A DNA stretch of 64,000 nt, taken from Piromyces finnis finn. Lineage: Eukaryota > Fungi > Neocallimastigomycota. Every line of letters begins with the position of its first letter. The stretch's first letter is position 1. The notes below the pieces were generated by a model, which worked only from the letters and a program-made list of their open reading frames with translations, made no database searches and had not been told where the DNA came from. Below are positions 42,571-53,631 of this stretch, piece by piece. The stretch is taken from contig MCFH01000019.1 of NCBI GenBank assembly GCA_002104945.1, positions 124,001 through 188,000 on the forward strand, in the 5' to 3' direction. The position numbers and the translations under genes are program-made.

Positions 42571-43618
42571 TGTTCAAATATTTATTAAGAAAATCCTTTT
42601 TTTTTTTTTAATAATTATTTTTCTACTTATTTAACTTAAAATAATATAACAAACTAATTCTAATTATTTAATATATTTTATTTATCAAGTTTAGTTTTCG
42701 ACCTCCACTTCGGGCCCTCACTACTAAATACTTTATTCCAACAGTGGGTTAGAATGGTGATATTTCTTTAATAGCTGCCGGAAGCGCTCTACTCTCCTAA
42801 TGAATATTTAAGAACTGATATGGTAGCTACCAACTCTTAAATAACCTTAATAAATAACTGGAGTAAATGTACTAAACTTTTATAATTTATACGCAAGCGT
42901 TGTAGCTGTCTAGTATAAACTACTTAATTATATTATATTATTAAAAGAATAATAACTTTTTATATCCTTTTTCTACTTCTAAGTAGTAAAGGAGGAAAAT
43001 AACAATAAAACTTCTTAAAAAAATCGAAAAACACTATTCTTTCAATCCCCGATATCTCCACCAAGTTGATACGGGTTAATTTTATGTAGAAAGAATTAAA
43101 CTTTAAATAATATATATTTTATTAATAACTTTATTTATAACGTTCCAATATTTCTATTCTGTCTAAATACTAAAAAGTTCTGTCGTTGTCAAATATTAAA
43201 ATTCTAACTAAAACAAGAAGCCCTTTTTAATAATATTTATTCTAATCTATTTATACTAATGAGGCTTACTTAATAATTAATTGTCCAATTATAAGGCTGG
43301 AACTATATGGATCATTCATTTACAATACTCTTTTACATTACATGATATTACATTTGTCATACATTTAGATTATATTCTTATACATTGTAGAAATAATTAA
43401 TATTATAATAAATAAAACTATATAAATTTAATATTAGAAAATATTACTAATATAATAATATGTTCAAGTCACATATTATTTTTATATCATGTCATTTTTC
43501 ACATATTCTAACAATTATATATAAATTATTAATATAAAAAATTTTAACTAATTATATACAATTATATTTTGACAATAACCCTTTAAAAATTTATTTTCTT
43601 ATTATATAAATTTTTTAA

Positions 43619-45337
43619 ATGAATAGTAGCAAAGAAAGGAATACCGAGTTATTCTATAAAGAATTAGAGAAAAAAGACTGTGATCCTGATTATTTATTGG
43701 AACTATCTCAAAAAGGAATTTTTTTAATAAAGCCATTATTCGAATATGAATCAATAAAATATCATGAAAACGTTGTAGATATAAGTTTAATAAGTCAACT
43801 ATTTTTTATTATTTTTAACGATAATCAATATGAGAGATTTATGCAAATTTCTTTTACTGATAAATACAAAAAATATGTAATATTGGGTATTTATCATATG
43901 TATACCTATGATTTCTTAATAATTAACGAATTTTTTATTAATAAATTACTGAAAGAATCAAGAAGAGACATATTAGTAAAATTTATAAAAAATATCAATA
44001 TAGTATTCTACATTTATTTTTTGTATAAATATAATATCATTACAGATATTAAAATACCTTTATCTATCAGAAATGGAACACATAGATATAAATTATATCC
44101 AAGTATTTTATTTGTACTATTCGAAGATTACTTTTATTTGAATGGAAAACATAAAATAAAAAATGTTACTAAATATATTTCCGAAGAAAAATTAATTAAT
44201 AATATATTTGTAGTATTTGGAAGAGATACTAATGTTTTAGATTATTTAATACAAAATTTTAACTGTATAAATAATATTAACTGCGATTGTTACTATAGAA
44301 TGCATTTAAATTTTTCTATGAAAATAATTTCAAAATATTCCAAAAAAATATTTAAACCTAATTTATTAAAATTTAAATGTGAAAATAAAGTAATTGAAAA
44401 TTATGTAAATGATTTATATTCTGATCGTTCGTTACATAATGTTAAAAATTGTAAGTTATATTTAGAGTTTTATGATTATTTTGATAATATTGATATTAAA
44501 AAAACACCAATTAATTATACTGTTGAAAATTTTGATAAATTTAAAAATGATATTTCGGTTGGTAGTTATAAATATAACGAAAATATCAATTTTAATAATA
44601 AAGATATATTTATATTTGAAAATAAAAAGGAAACGAAAATTCAAGAAATAATAAATTTAAATGACTATGTTATTAAAGAAGAATCTGATTTTGATGACTT
44701 TTATTATGACAGTGAAGATTCTTGTTATTATATCAATATTAAAAATGAAAATGAAAAAGAGGAAAATAATGAACCTGATAATAGACTTGTGAAAATTAAT
44801 GAAATATTAACTTATGAATATGATGGACTTAGTGAGTTTTACGAAAATTTTTATGAATCCATGTCTTGTTTATTATTTTATTATTTAATTATTTGTGATA
44901 ATGATAGGGTAGAAAAAATATTAAAAGATCCTAACTATATATTACATTTGAAAGTTGAAGAATTAATAGAAGATCCAAATCATTATTATAATTCAGAGTT
45001 TGATAAAACTTCACAATATAATTTTGAAATAATGAAAAAAATTTGTTATATAGCTTCCTTAGTATATAATAATGCACCGGACTTTGTAATACATTTACTA
45101 TGTTATGAATTAAATTCAACATTCGTAGAATATAAAGATAATAAAATCAATATTGTTTATTTTTGTAATCATGAATTTATATCATCACGTTTTTTATCTG
45201 ATAATTTTCATATTTACGCTCTTATACAAATAATTATAAATAGAACTTCAAATGAAAATTTTAATAATCTTTTTGTTACATTTAAAAATGATCTCCTTTT
45301 TCATAAAAGAGCTGATGATTATGTAAAGATATTTTAG
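43619..45337 (+). CDS. Intronless 572-aa protein of unknown function (Tyr/Ile/Asn/Phe-rich, virus-like composition)
   Basis: Long open frame in very AT-rich DNA; no motif recognised. Confidence 0.75.
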   Translation: MNSSKERNTELFYKELEKKDCDPDYLLELSQKGIFLIKPLFEYESIKYHENVVDISLISQLFFIIFNDNQYERFMQISFTDKYKKYVILGIYHMYTYDFLIINEFFINKLLKESRRDILVKFIKNINIVFYIYFLYKYNIITDIKIPLSIRNGTHRYKLYPSILFVLFEDYFYLNGKHKIKNVTKYISEEKLINNIFVVFGRDTNVLDYLIQNFNCINNINCDCYYRMHLNFSMKIISKYSKKIFKPNLLKFKCENKVIENYVNDLYSDRSLHNVKNCKLYLEFYDYFDNIDIKKTPINYTVENFDKFKNDISVGSYKYNENINFNNKDIFIFENKKETKIQEIINLNDYVIKEESDFDDFYYDSEDSCYYINIKNENEKEENNEPDNRLVKINEILTYEYDGLSEFYENFYESMSCLLFYYLIICDNDRVEKILKDPNYILHLKVEELIEDPNHYYNSEFDKTSQYNFEIMKKICYIASLVYNNAPDFVIHLLCYELNSTFVEYKDNKINIVYFCNHEFISSRFLSDNFHIYALIQIIINRTSNENFNNLFVTFKNDLLFHKRADDYVKIF

Positions 45338-45455
45338 AAACTTGCTCTATTTATTATATATTACGAAAAATATAATTTCTTAACTAGTTTAATAAAAAAA
45401 GGTAAATTATATAGACTTTTATACTTGTTTATAATATAAACCATAATTAATTCAT

Positions 45456-46088
45456 TTAAATAAAATATGAAATAATTTTACATCCTTTACCACAATAAGC
45501 ATCAGTTGTACCACAGTAACCGTATTTACTACAACATTTGTTATTTTTACATTTGTAAATACCATCAGATAGACTTCCACATTTATCATTAGATAATATG
45601 GTTGGAGTTGAAGGGTTTTTTTGGGTTGTAACATCTTTAGCATAAAATGTTTTAGTGCCAACAATATAAGTTTTCTCAGGAACAGTAAAAGTGTTAGAAT
45701 AAGTAACTACTTTATTAGTATTAGAATTGATAGAAGTGCTCTTTTTAGTTTTAGCTAATGTAGTAGTTTTAACTGTATTTGATTTTGATTTTGTGGTGGT
45801 TTCGGAATTAGCATTGAAAGCATTATTACTATTTATTTCATTTTTTAATTTATCAAAAACTTCGGAATTATTCATCTCATCTTGCAATTTGTCGAATACA
45901 TCAGAGTTGTCCATTTCATTTTTTAATTTGTCGAATACATCAGAGTTGTCCATTTCATTTTGTAATTTATCAAAAATATTAGAATTGTCCATTTCATACT
46001 TTAATTTATCAAAAATATCAGAATCAAATGAACCATTTGAAGTTACCATAGTTATTAGTAATAATGAAAGTATGCTAATAAGTAACAT
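45456..46088 (-). CDS. Secreted protein with five 13-aa helical repeats, a Thr/Ser/Lys linker and a C-terminal chitin-binding (CBM18/hevein) domain
   Basis: Signal peptide; 39-bp repeats (NSDVFDKLKNEMD-type); CGSLSDGIYKCKNNKCCSKYGYCGTTDAYCGKGC. The last hevein Cys pair appears missing. Confidence 0.85.
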   Translation of the reverse strand: MLLISILSLLLITMVTSNGSFDSDIFDKLKYEMDNSNIFDKLQNEMDNSDVFDKLKNEMDNSDVFDKLQDEMNNSEVFDKLKNEINSNNAFNANSETTTKSKSNTVKTTTLAKTKKSTSINSNTNKVVTYSNTFTVPEKTYIVGTKTFYAKDVTTQKNPSTPTILSNDKCGSLSDGIYKCKNNKCCSKYGYCGTTDAYCGKGCKIISYFI

Positions 46089-46279
46089 TTTTTATTATCG
46101 AATTCTAGTTAATTCTATTTATTTCTGTTTTTATTTAATTATTAATATTTAATTAATATTTTATTAAATTTATTACTTTTAATTTTTTTTTTTAAAAAAA
46201 ATATCAAAAATAATCAATTTAAATATGTATTACTTTAATAATAATGAATATATGTACAGATATTAATTTATTTATCTAT

Positions 46280-46888
46280 TCACCACGTAATAGTAAATCC
46301 TAACTCACAAGCCAGTTCACGAGCTTTACAAAAACAATTTGATTTTTTAAATTCATTATATTCATAAATAGGATGTGGAACCTCCACAACCGATGATTTA
46401 GTTTCGTTGATGGACTTAAACAACATTAAAACAAGAGGATGGTCATTCGAAATATATTGTACTAAATTGTTAATGAAAGATTCCCACAATAAATAATAAT
46501 GATAGGGTAATGGATCAGCAATAGTTCGAGTAAAGCAAAAGTTGCACAAAAATATTCCATTATTTAACCATCTATCTAAATGATGATTTAATGGTCGCTG
46601 AAAAGAAGTTACTGTATTTTCTAAATTCGTATAAATACGCTCCAATAATAATGGTGGTTTATTATTAGAAATTTTCGTTCCGAAAGCGATGTCACTAATA
46701 TCGCGTGTATTTTTATAAGGCATATCTCCTACCATCACAACTTTGATATCCTGTAATTGGACATATTTAAAAATTCCAAATACATCTTCCAATGGTGGAG
46801 TACAATATGAATTTCTCAATTGATTGTATATATGTAATACTAATTTAGAATTTTTTATAAAGAAATCGTCCCAAGACATGTGTACCAC
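46280..46888 (-). CDS. ung: Divergent family-1 uracil-DNA glycosylase, virus-like
   Basis: PPLEDVFGIF, IKVVMVGDMPY (cf. VKVVILGQDPY), LDRWLNNGIFLCN (cf. LERWARQGVLLLN) and VPHP. Intronless. Confidence 0.85.
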   Translation of the reverse strand: MVHMSWDDFFIKNSKLVLHIYNQLRNSYCTPPLEDVFGIFKYVQLQDIKVVMVGDMPYKNTRDISDIAFGTKISNNKPPLLLERIYTNLENTVTSFQRPLNHHLDRWLNNGIFLCNFCFTRTIADPLPYHYYLLWESFINNLVQYISNDHPLVLMLFKSINETKSSVVEVPHPIYEYNEFKKSNCFCKARELACELGFTITW

Positions 46889-47543
46889 TACTACTTTTAT
46901 TTCTACTTTTTACTTTTTTATTTTCTTTTTAATAAGTATAATTATTTAGTAAATTCTATTAATAGAAATAGTATTCTTTTAATTGTTTATAAATTTTATA
47001 TGAAAAAAAAATTAAGTATATAAAAATATTATTTAAATAAAATTTTTCCAAAATTAAAATCCTTTGACTATTTCAATACCAACTATTAATTTTAATCATT
47101 TGATAGTTAAAAAGGAATTTCATTATATATCCTTGATTTATGCTTATTATCCTAAAATTGGAAAATTTATTATCTGAAGAAATATTTATATTGAAATGAT
47201 TTAAAAATTATTCAATATAATATATATATATATATGTACTAAATAAAAAAATATTATATAAAAATGTTTAAAAAAGTAATAAAACAATAAAATATATCAA
47301 GTTTTAAAATATATATAAATTTAATATTTCAAAATTTATTTACGAATAAAGATTTTCAAATTTATATATATTAATTATTAATAATTTTTATTAATTTTTT
47401 TTATTAGTTTGCTTTAGTATTTATAATATTTATATATTACATTTATTAATTATTTATTATTAATTATTTATTATTAATTATTTATTATATTATATTTATT
47501 ATTATTACTTTTTATTACTTATTATTATTATTATTACTTATTA

Positions 47544-48871
47544 TTATTTATTATTTGTTAATGACATAGCAAAAGCATATTCCAAAAATGAATCATTTAT
47601 ATCAGGAATATTTGTGGAAAAAGGATAATAATAAATTTCATCATCATTATAATCATAAACTACACCTGTTTTGTCTGTAATAAGATCTTCCATACTTTTG
47701 GCAGGTTCTCTTTGCAAATAGCCTGTAGAAGAGGTATTAAGAGAAGTTGAAATAATCCCAACACGATCTGATTTGGAATGCACAAATAGCTCTTTTGCAA
47801 TAAGTCCTATAAAATAAGAACTCTTAATGTAACATTTTGGCAAAACAGCTTGAACTCCTACTGACATTAAAATTTGAATTATGTTATCGATTTTACCTTT
47901 CGAACCACTATTAACAATATTGGTTAAATGATTGTTTATAGATTCAGATAATTTTTCTAATAATTTATAATCACTGTAACGACGATTTTTTAATCTATTG
48001 TTGCTGATAGATTTACTTTGATTTAGAATGGAAGAGTCCAAATTTGATAATGATAGTGTCGGTAAAAATAAATCTGGAATATTTTCCAAAATACATTTAA
48101 ATTTATTTTCAATGCTAGGGGTATGCAATCCGAAATAGAAATACTTATGATATGAAATAAATTATATTCATGAGCCGTACGTTGAACATCCCGCATAAAT
48201 TTTAAATAAAAATCATTACCGTAATGAGTAATGGAATTCAATAAAATCTTTTGATTTTCACCACTAATAGTGTGGAGTAGAATGCCACGGTCAACCAAAA
48301 TCTCATTTCCATTTTTTAATGTTAATGTTTTTGGAAGCAACAATGAAAGTAAATGTTTATACGGTATTTTATTGGTCTTCATTCGAGACTTGTAAAATTT
48401 ACAAAATATATTCCATTCCTTTTTTGATATTTTTAATTTTTCACATATGTTTTCGATAATATGAGGTTCAACAATGTGTTGATCGTTTGTCATATTGTAT
48501 AAGCCAGTCAAGGTATCTTGAATAAAACTAATCATGAGTGATCCATCCTTGAAAGAACGGATATTATTTGAAATGTTTAATTTAGTAGCTAATTCCTTTT
48601 TGGACTCTTTTCCCGGTAGCCAAAAAATATTCATTTCATCCCCATCAAAATCAGCTTGAAAAACATTGGCTATTAGAGGATTAATTTGGATGATTTGACT
48701 GCTGCTGGGAAAGGAACGAACTGATAAAATGGAAGTAATTTGAAGTGTAGGCTGTCTATTAATAATTACATAGTCATTTGGTTTATATCCATATGGAATT
48801 AATTGATCTGTAAATACCTTTGGTATCAAAATTTTATCTAGTGGTACATTTATATTTGGTACAATGAATAT
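47544..48871 (-). pseudogene. Divergent multisubunit RNA polymerase largest subunit (Rpb1/beta-prime-like), partial, with a -1 frameshift near 48120
   Basis: VIINRQPTL, QADFDGDEMN (catalytic DxDxD) and QDTLTG in ORF 48023..48829; GSKG, SSYFIGL and TSSTGYLQR..KSMEDL in ORF 47544..48128. The frames join at a C4 run (ATA CCCC TAGC). The frame is open upstream to 48871. Confidence 0.9.
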
Positions 48872-49524
48872 TTAAACAAGTGAATATTTAAATAAAAATG
48901 GTATCTTTCATGAAAATAAAATTGATACTTTTATATATAAGAAATTTAAATTGAACCAATATAGACAGGCATCATCAAGTGATATTTATAAATCTTTAAA
49001 TTTAAATAGCGATGATGAAGTAATTAACGAACTATCATTTAAACAATTTAGAACCCTATAAAAGTAAGAAAGATAAAATAGATACTTGTGTAATTGTTAA
49101 GAGCTTATTAAAGGATGTTGATAATATAAAAATGAACAAGAAGATTTGAAAAATAAACCTAAATGGGCAATTAAAAGATCTGAGAATAAAAGAGAAACGT
49201 TTTTAATTGAAAAATGGGTTTTCGAAAATAATCTAAACTTTTACATAGTATGCATCCTTCAAAGAGGAAACACAATATTTAAAATTTTAAACATTAAGTT
49301 GGGGAAAGAAGGCAATTAATTAATAATTATATCTTTCAACCTTCTTTTTAACACTTTTTCTCTTGTACTCTAATTTTTTTAAGTTTTTGGAATTTTTGTT
49401 AATGTTATATCTATTGTGATTTAGATCCTTTTCATATTGATCGATTTTTAAAAGTATCTTTTGTACAAATTTTATATAATAAAAATAAATATATAAATTT
49501 TCTTTTTTAATTAGATTTAAAAAA

Positions 49525-52205
49525 AAAAATAAAAATTAATTGTATTTTAATACCATTATACTATACACATTAAATAAAAAAATTAATTACTACTTTTTAT
49601 TTTTATTTTTTTTAATTTAAATGGTATTGTTTATTATTTTATTTTTATATACATATTATTCGAATACATTGTATTGTTATAAGTATTTATTTATACTAAA
49701 TATTATATATATTTTATTAAAGTTATTTTATTGAACTAAAATAAAAATACATATAGACAAACTTTGAATTATAGAGTAAAAATAAATTAGAATTTTAATT
49801 TCATTTATTATATTAGTAATATAACGTTTACTACTTTACTAATAAATAAAAAATATTATTAATACATAGCATTATTATACAAGTTAATAAATATTTAATA
49901 ATTATAAATATTTTTCAGTAATTTAGTCTTCATAGAATTTAATCTTTAATTTATTATCAATTATTATTTCATAGATTTAATCTTTTTGTTTATTCCATTT
50001 TTCTTATCTTCTTTTTCTTCATTAATACTTAAAATATCTATTTTCAGCTATTTAGAGTAGTATTGGTTCATTATCTTTCTGAAAGATTCTATAAGTATTT
50101 TGAAATTTAATTTACATTTATATTTTTTCTTCTTTGGCTAGGTATCTAGGATAGAACATCTATGAGAATACCATAATAATTTTATTGAATTGGATTTATT
50201 CAAAATTATTTTATATTTAATAATTAATATAATATATAATAATACTAGAATACTAGAATATTTTTATTATATTAATAATGTAGAAGTAGAAAAGTTTTTT
50301 TATTTAACTAGACAGCTTTAATTATTTAGTTATATAGAAAGAAGAAAAGTATAATAATTAAATATTTGCTGCATCTGTCTAAATAAGTAGTTAAAAAAGT
50401 ATTTTATATATAAATCATAATAAGTAGCATGAAAAATTGCTGTGCATGTCTAATACTAGACATGTTTTTTGCTTTTTTTTTTAGAAAATTTTGTATTTTT
50501 TTCTTTTCATCATAAAAATGATGAAGATAAAAACTGATGTTTAAAAAAAATTTTTTAATTCATTTTTCTTCTTTTTATACTTTTTTTATATTAATAATAA
50601 AAATAGTTTGGCAGAAGGAAAGTTTATATTTTACAAAAAATAAAAATAATATGAATTACAAAATGTGGTGAATGTTAAAATATTAAATTTTTTGCGGATT
50701 TTACTTGTGGATGCGCTTTTTAATGATTAATGAAAAATTTTATATATTAATAAAAATTTAAAATTTTTAATTTTACCACATTTTTAATTTGTAAAATTGT
50801 TAATTAACCACAAAATATTATTAAATTTGGTTTTTTAAATTTTAAAAAGTTTATTAATGAAATGATAAAAAGAATACGATGAATTATCTTTCTCAATAAT
50901 AAATATTAAAAGTAATAAAACACTAAAAACATTATAAATAATAAAAACAATAAAAATAATTATAAAAGATATTAAAAAGTGGCTAATGATAATTTTATTA
51001 AGTAGTTTAATTTGATAATAAGCTGTAAGTTTATGTAAACTATGGGTTATTATGAATATCTTGATATTTATATATTACATATATATAACAAAAAAATAGT
51101 ATAAAAAGGAGAAAAGTGAATTAAGAAAACTTTTTAAACATCAGTTTTTATCTTCATCATTTTTATGATGAAAAGAAAAAAGTACAAAATTTTCTAAAAA
51201 AAAAAAGCAAAAAACATGTCTAGTATTAGACATGCACAGCAATTTTTCATGCTGCTTATTATGATTTATATATAAAATACTTTTTTAATTACTTATTTAG
51301 ACAGATGCAGCAAATATTTAATTATTATACTTTTCTTCTTTCTATATAACTAAAATAATTAAAGCTGTCTAGTTAAATAAAAAAAACTTTTCTACTTCTA
51401 CATTATTAATATAATAAAAATATTCTAGTATTCTAGTATTATTATATATTATATTAATTATTAAATATAAAATAATTGTTGAATAAATCCAGTTCAATAA
51501 AGCTACTATGATATTCTCTTAGATGTTCTATCCTAACTGCCTTGCCAAAGAAGAAAAAATGTAAATGCCAATTAAATTTCAAAATACTTATAGAATCTTT
51601 CAGAAAGATAATGACCCCATACTACTCTAAATAGTTGAAAATAGATATTTTAAGTATTAATGAAGAAAAAGAAGATAAGAAAAAAGGAATAAACAAAAAG
51701 ATTAAATCTATGAAATAATAATTGATAATAAATTAAAGATTAAATTCTATGAAGACTAAATTAATGAAAAATATTTATAATTATTAAATATTTATTGATA
51801 TTTATTTGTATAATAATACTATAAATAAAATGGTTAAATTTCTATGTATTCATAATATTTTTATTTATTAGTAAATTAGTAAACATTATATTACTAATGT
51901 AATAAATGAAATTAAAATTCTAATTTATTTTTACTCTATAATACAAAGTTTGTCTATATGTATTTTTATTTTAGTTCATTAAAAAAACTTTAATAAAATA
52001 TATATAATAATTCAGTATAAATAAATATAAATAAATACTTATAACAATACAATGTATTCGAATAACATGTATATAAAAATAAAATAATAAACAATACCAT
52101 TTAAATTAAAAAAAAATAAAAATAAAAAATAGTAATTAATTTTTTCTATTTAATGTGTATAGTATAATAGTATTAAATATAATTAATTTTTTAATTTTTT
52201 TTATA
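49525..52205. mobile_element. Foldback element copy E (core -)
   Basis: 49525-49700 is the inverse of 52020-52205; same core and motifs as the other copies. Confidence 0.85.
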
Positions 52206-53090
52206 AAGCTCAATATTTTGATGATAATAAATTTATTGAAACTAAAGATTTTATTAAATTATGTTATGAGTACCCAGAGTTTGCCTATGGTTTCTACTGG
52301 TTATTGAAAACAAGAAGCGGATACAAGTTAGATGCTAGAATTGCAAAAGCTGCTTAATTTGTTGATCCAGTTTGTCCTAACTACTGTCCATGTTGCAAGA
52401 GTAGAGATCAAAGTATTAAGCATTGATTATTAGATTGTCCAACATTTAAAGATATCCGTATTAAACATTGTAATTCTATAGTCCAGTTATTAAATTTTTT
52501 CAGTCAACGTAATTCCAACACTCCTATCAATAATAATAAAATTGTTTATATAAATAGAGATAGCAATAATAATAATAATAATAATATTAGTAATGATAGC
52601 AATAGTGAAGATAATAATTATAATTTAGATTGTAATATAGTCAATAATAGTGATAATATTAATAATCAGGTGAATATTAATGTATATGATTATTCTAGTG
52701 GGTGTATTAAAATGTTTAAATTCCTTCTTGGGAGAAGAAGTTTAAAAAATATCAATTATAAAACAAGGGAATAGAGAAAACTTTGCAAGTGTCAGATTCA
52801 ATTGGGCACTTACGAAGGAACACCATTCTTGATGGTAACAGCGGAACTTCTAACGAAAATCATGCCTTTTGTTATTGGCCAGCAATGGTCAATGTTCAAA
52901 AGGTTTGAAGCAACATCCAAAAGCGTTAATGCTGAAGAAACAGTAAGACAGGCCAGGAGGGCTAGTGCAACTAATGGAGATCATAATTTTGTCCTATGAT
53001 AAAATTTTGATCTTTGCCTCGGTGTCCCATTGGAAGTCAAATACAATTATTATACTTTAGTATAATAGTGGCTTTCTTATTTTAATTAAT
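52206..53090 (+). mobile_element. Decayed LINE ORF2 3' fragment, copy 2
   Basis: Same CCHC region and same stops as 23506-24350; includes track ORF 52802..52999. Confidence 0.75.
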
Positions 53091-53631
53091 AAAATTACTA
53101 GAATACATTATACCCAATTTTTATTCATTTGTATTTATTTAAATATATTTATTTTTATTTTTATTTTTATTTTTTATAACATGTATTTTTATTTTAATTT
53201 AGTTAATAATAAAGTGTAAAAATATTTAATATATTAAAACTAATAAAGTAATTGTTATAAATGAAAATTAATCTCTAATTATTATGTTTATTAATATTCA
53301 ATAAATGATTAATAATGTCCATGATTAACGAAATATATTAAAAGATTTATTTAAGTATTAAATATTATTCTTTTTATATATATTTAAATAGTAAAGATTA
53401 ATAGGTTTTTATTTAAAAAGAAATGGTTATGTATGACTATTTAAAAATTACATATTTTAATATTATTTATTTATTTATTTATTTGAATAATTAAACAATA
53501 AACAATAAACAATACAAAATACAAAATACACAATGCACAATGCACAATGCACAATGCACACTAAATAATTTACATAGCACATAACAATTATTTATTTATT
53601 TTATCTATAAATTTTTATTTAATTATTTTAC

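Larger units (their letters stand above)
34560..43520. mobile_element. About 9 kb segment bounded by diverged inverted repeats (about 34560-34860 and 43170-43520)
   Basis: For example, ATAATTCCAGCCTTATCATTGGACAACTAATTATTAAGTAGGCCTCATTAG (near 34740) is the reverse complement of CTAATGAGGCTTACTTAATAATTAATTGTCCAATTATAAGGCTGGAACTAT (near 43256), with about 5 mismatches. Overall identity is roughly 80% by eye. Confidence 0.55.

Noticed and set aside
42690-43085. GC-richer island with one GCTGTCTAGT motif; the - strand gives KYLVVRARSGGRKL, weakly like the LINE WLLKARSGYKL
   Set aside because: Too short and degenerate to call as LINE, rRNA or intron.
48960-49470. Coding-like fragments on both strands next to the RNAP gene
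   Set aside because: Multiple frameshifts and under 50 clean codons; origin cannot be assigned.
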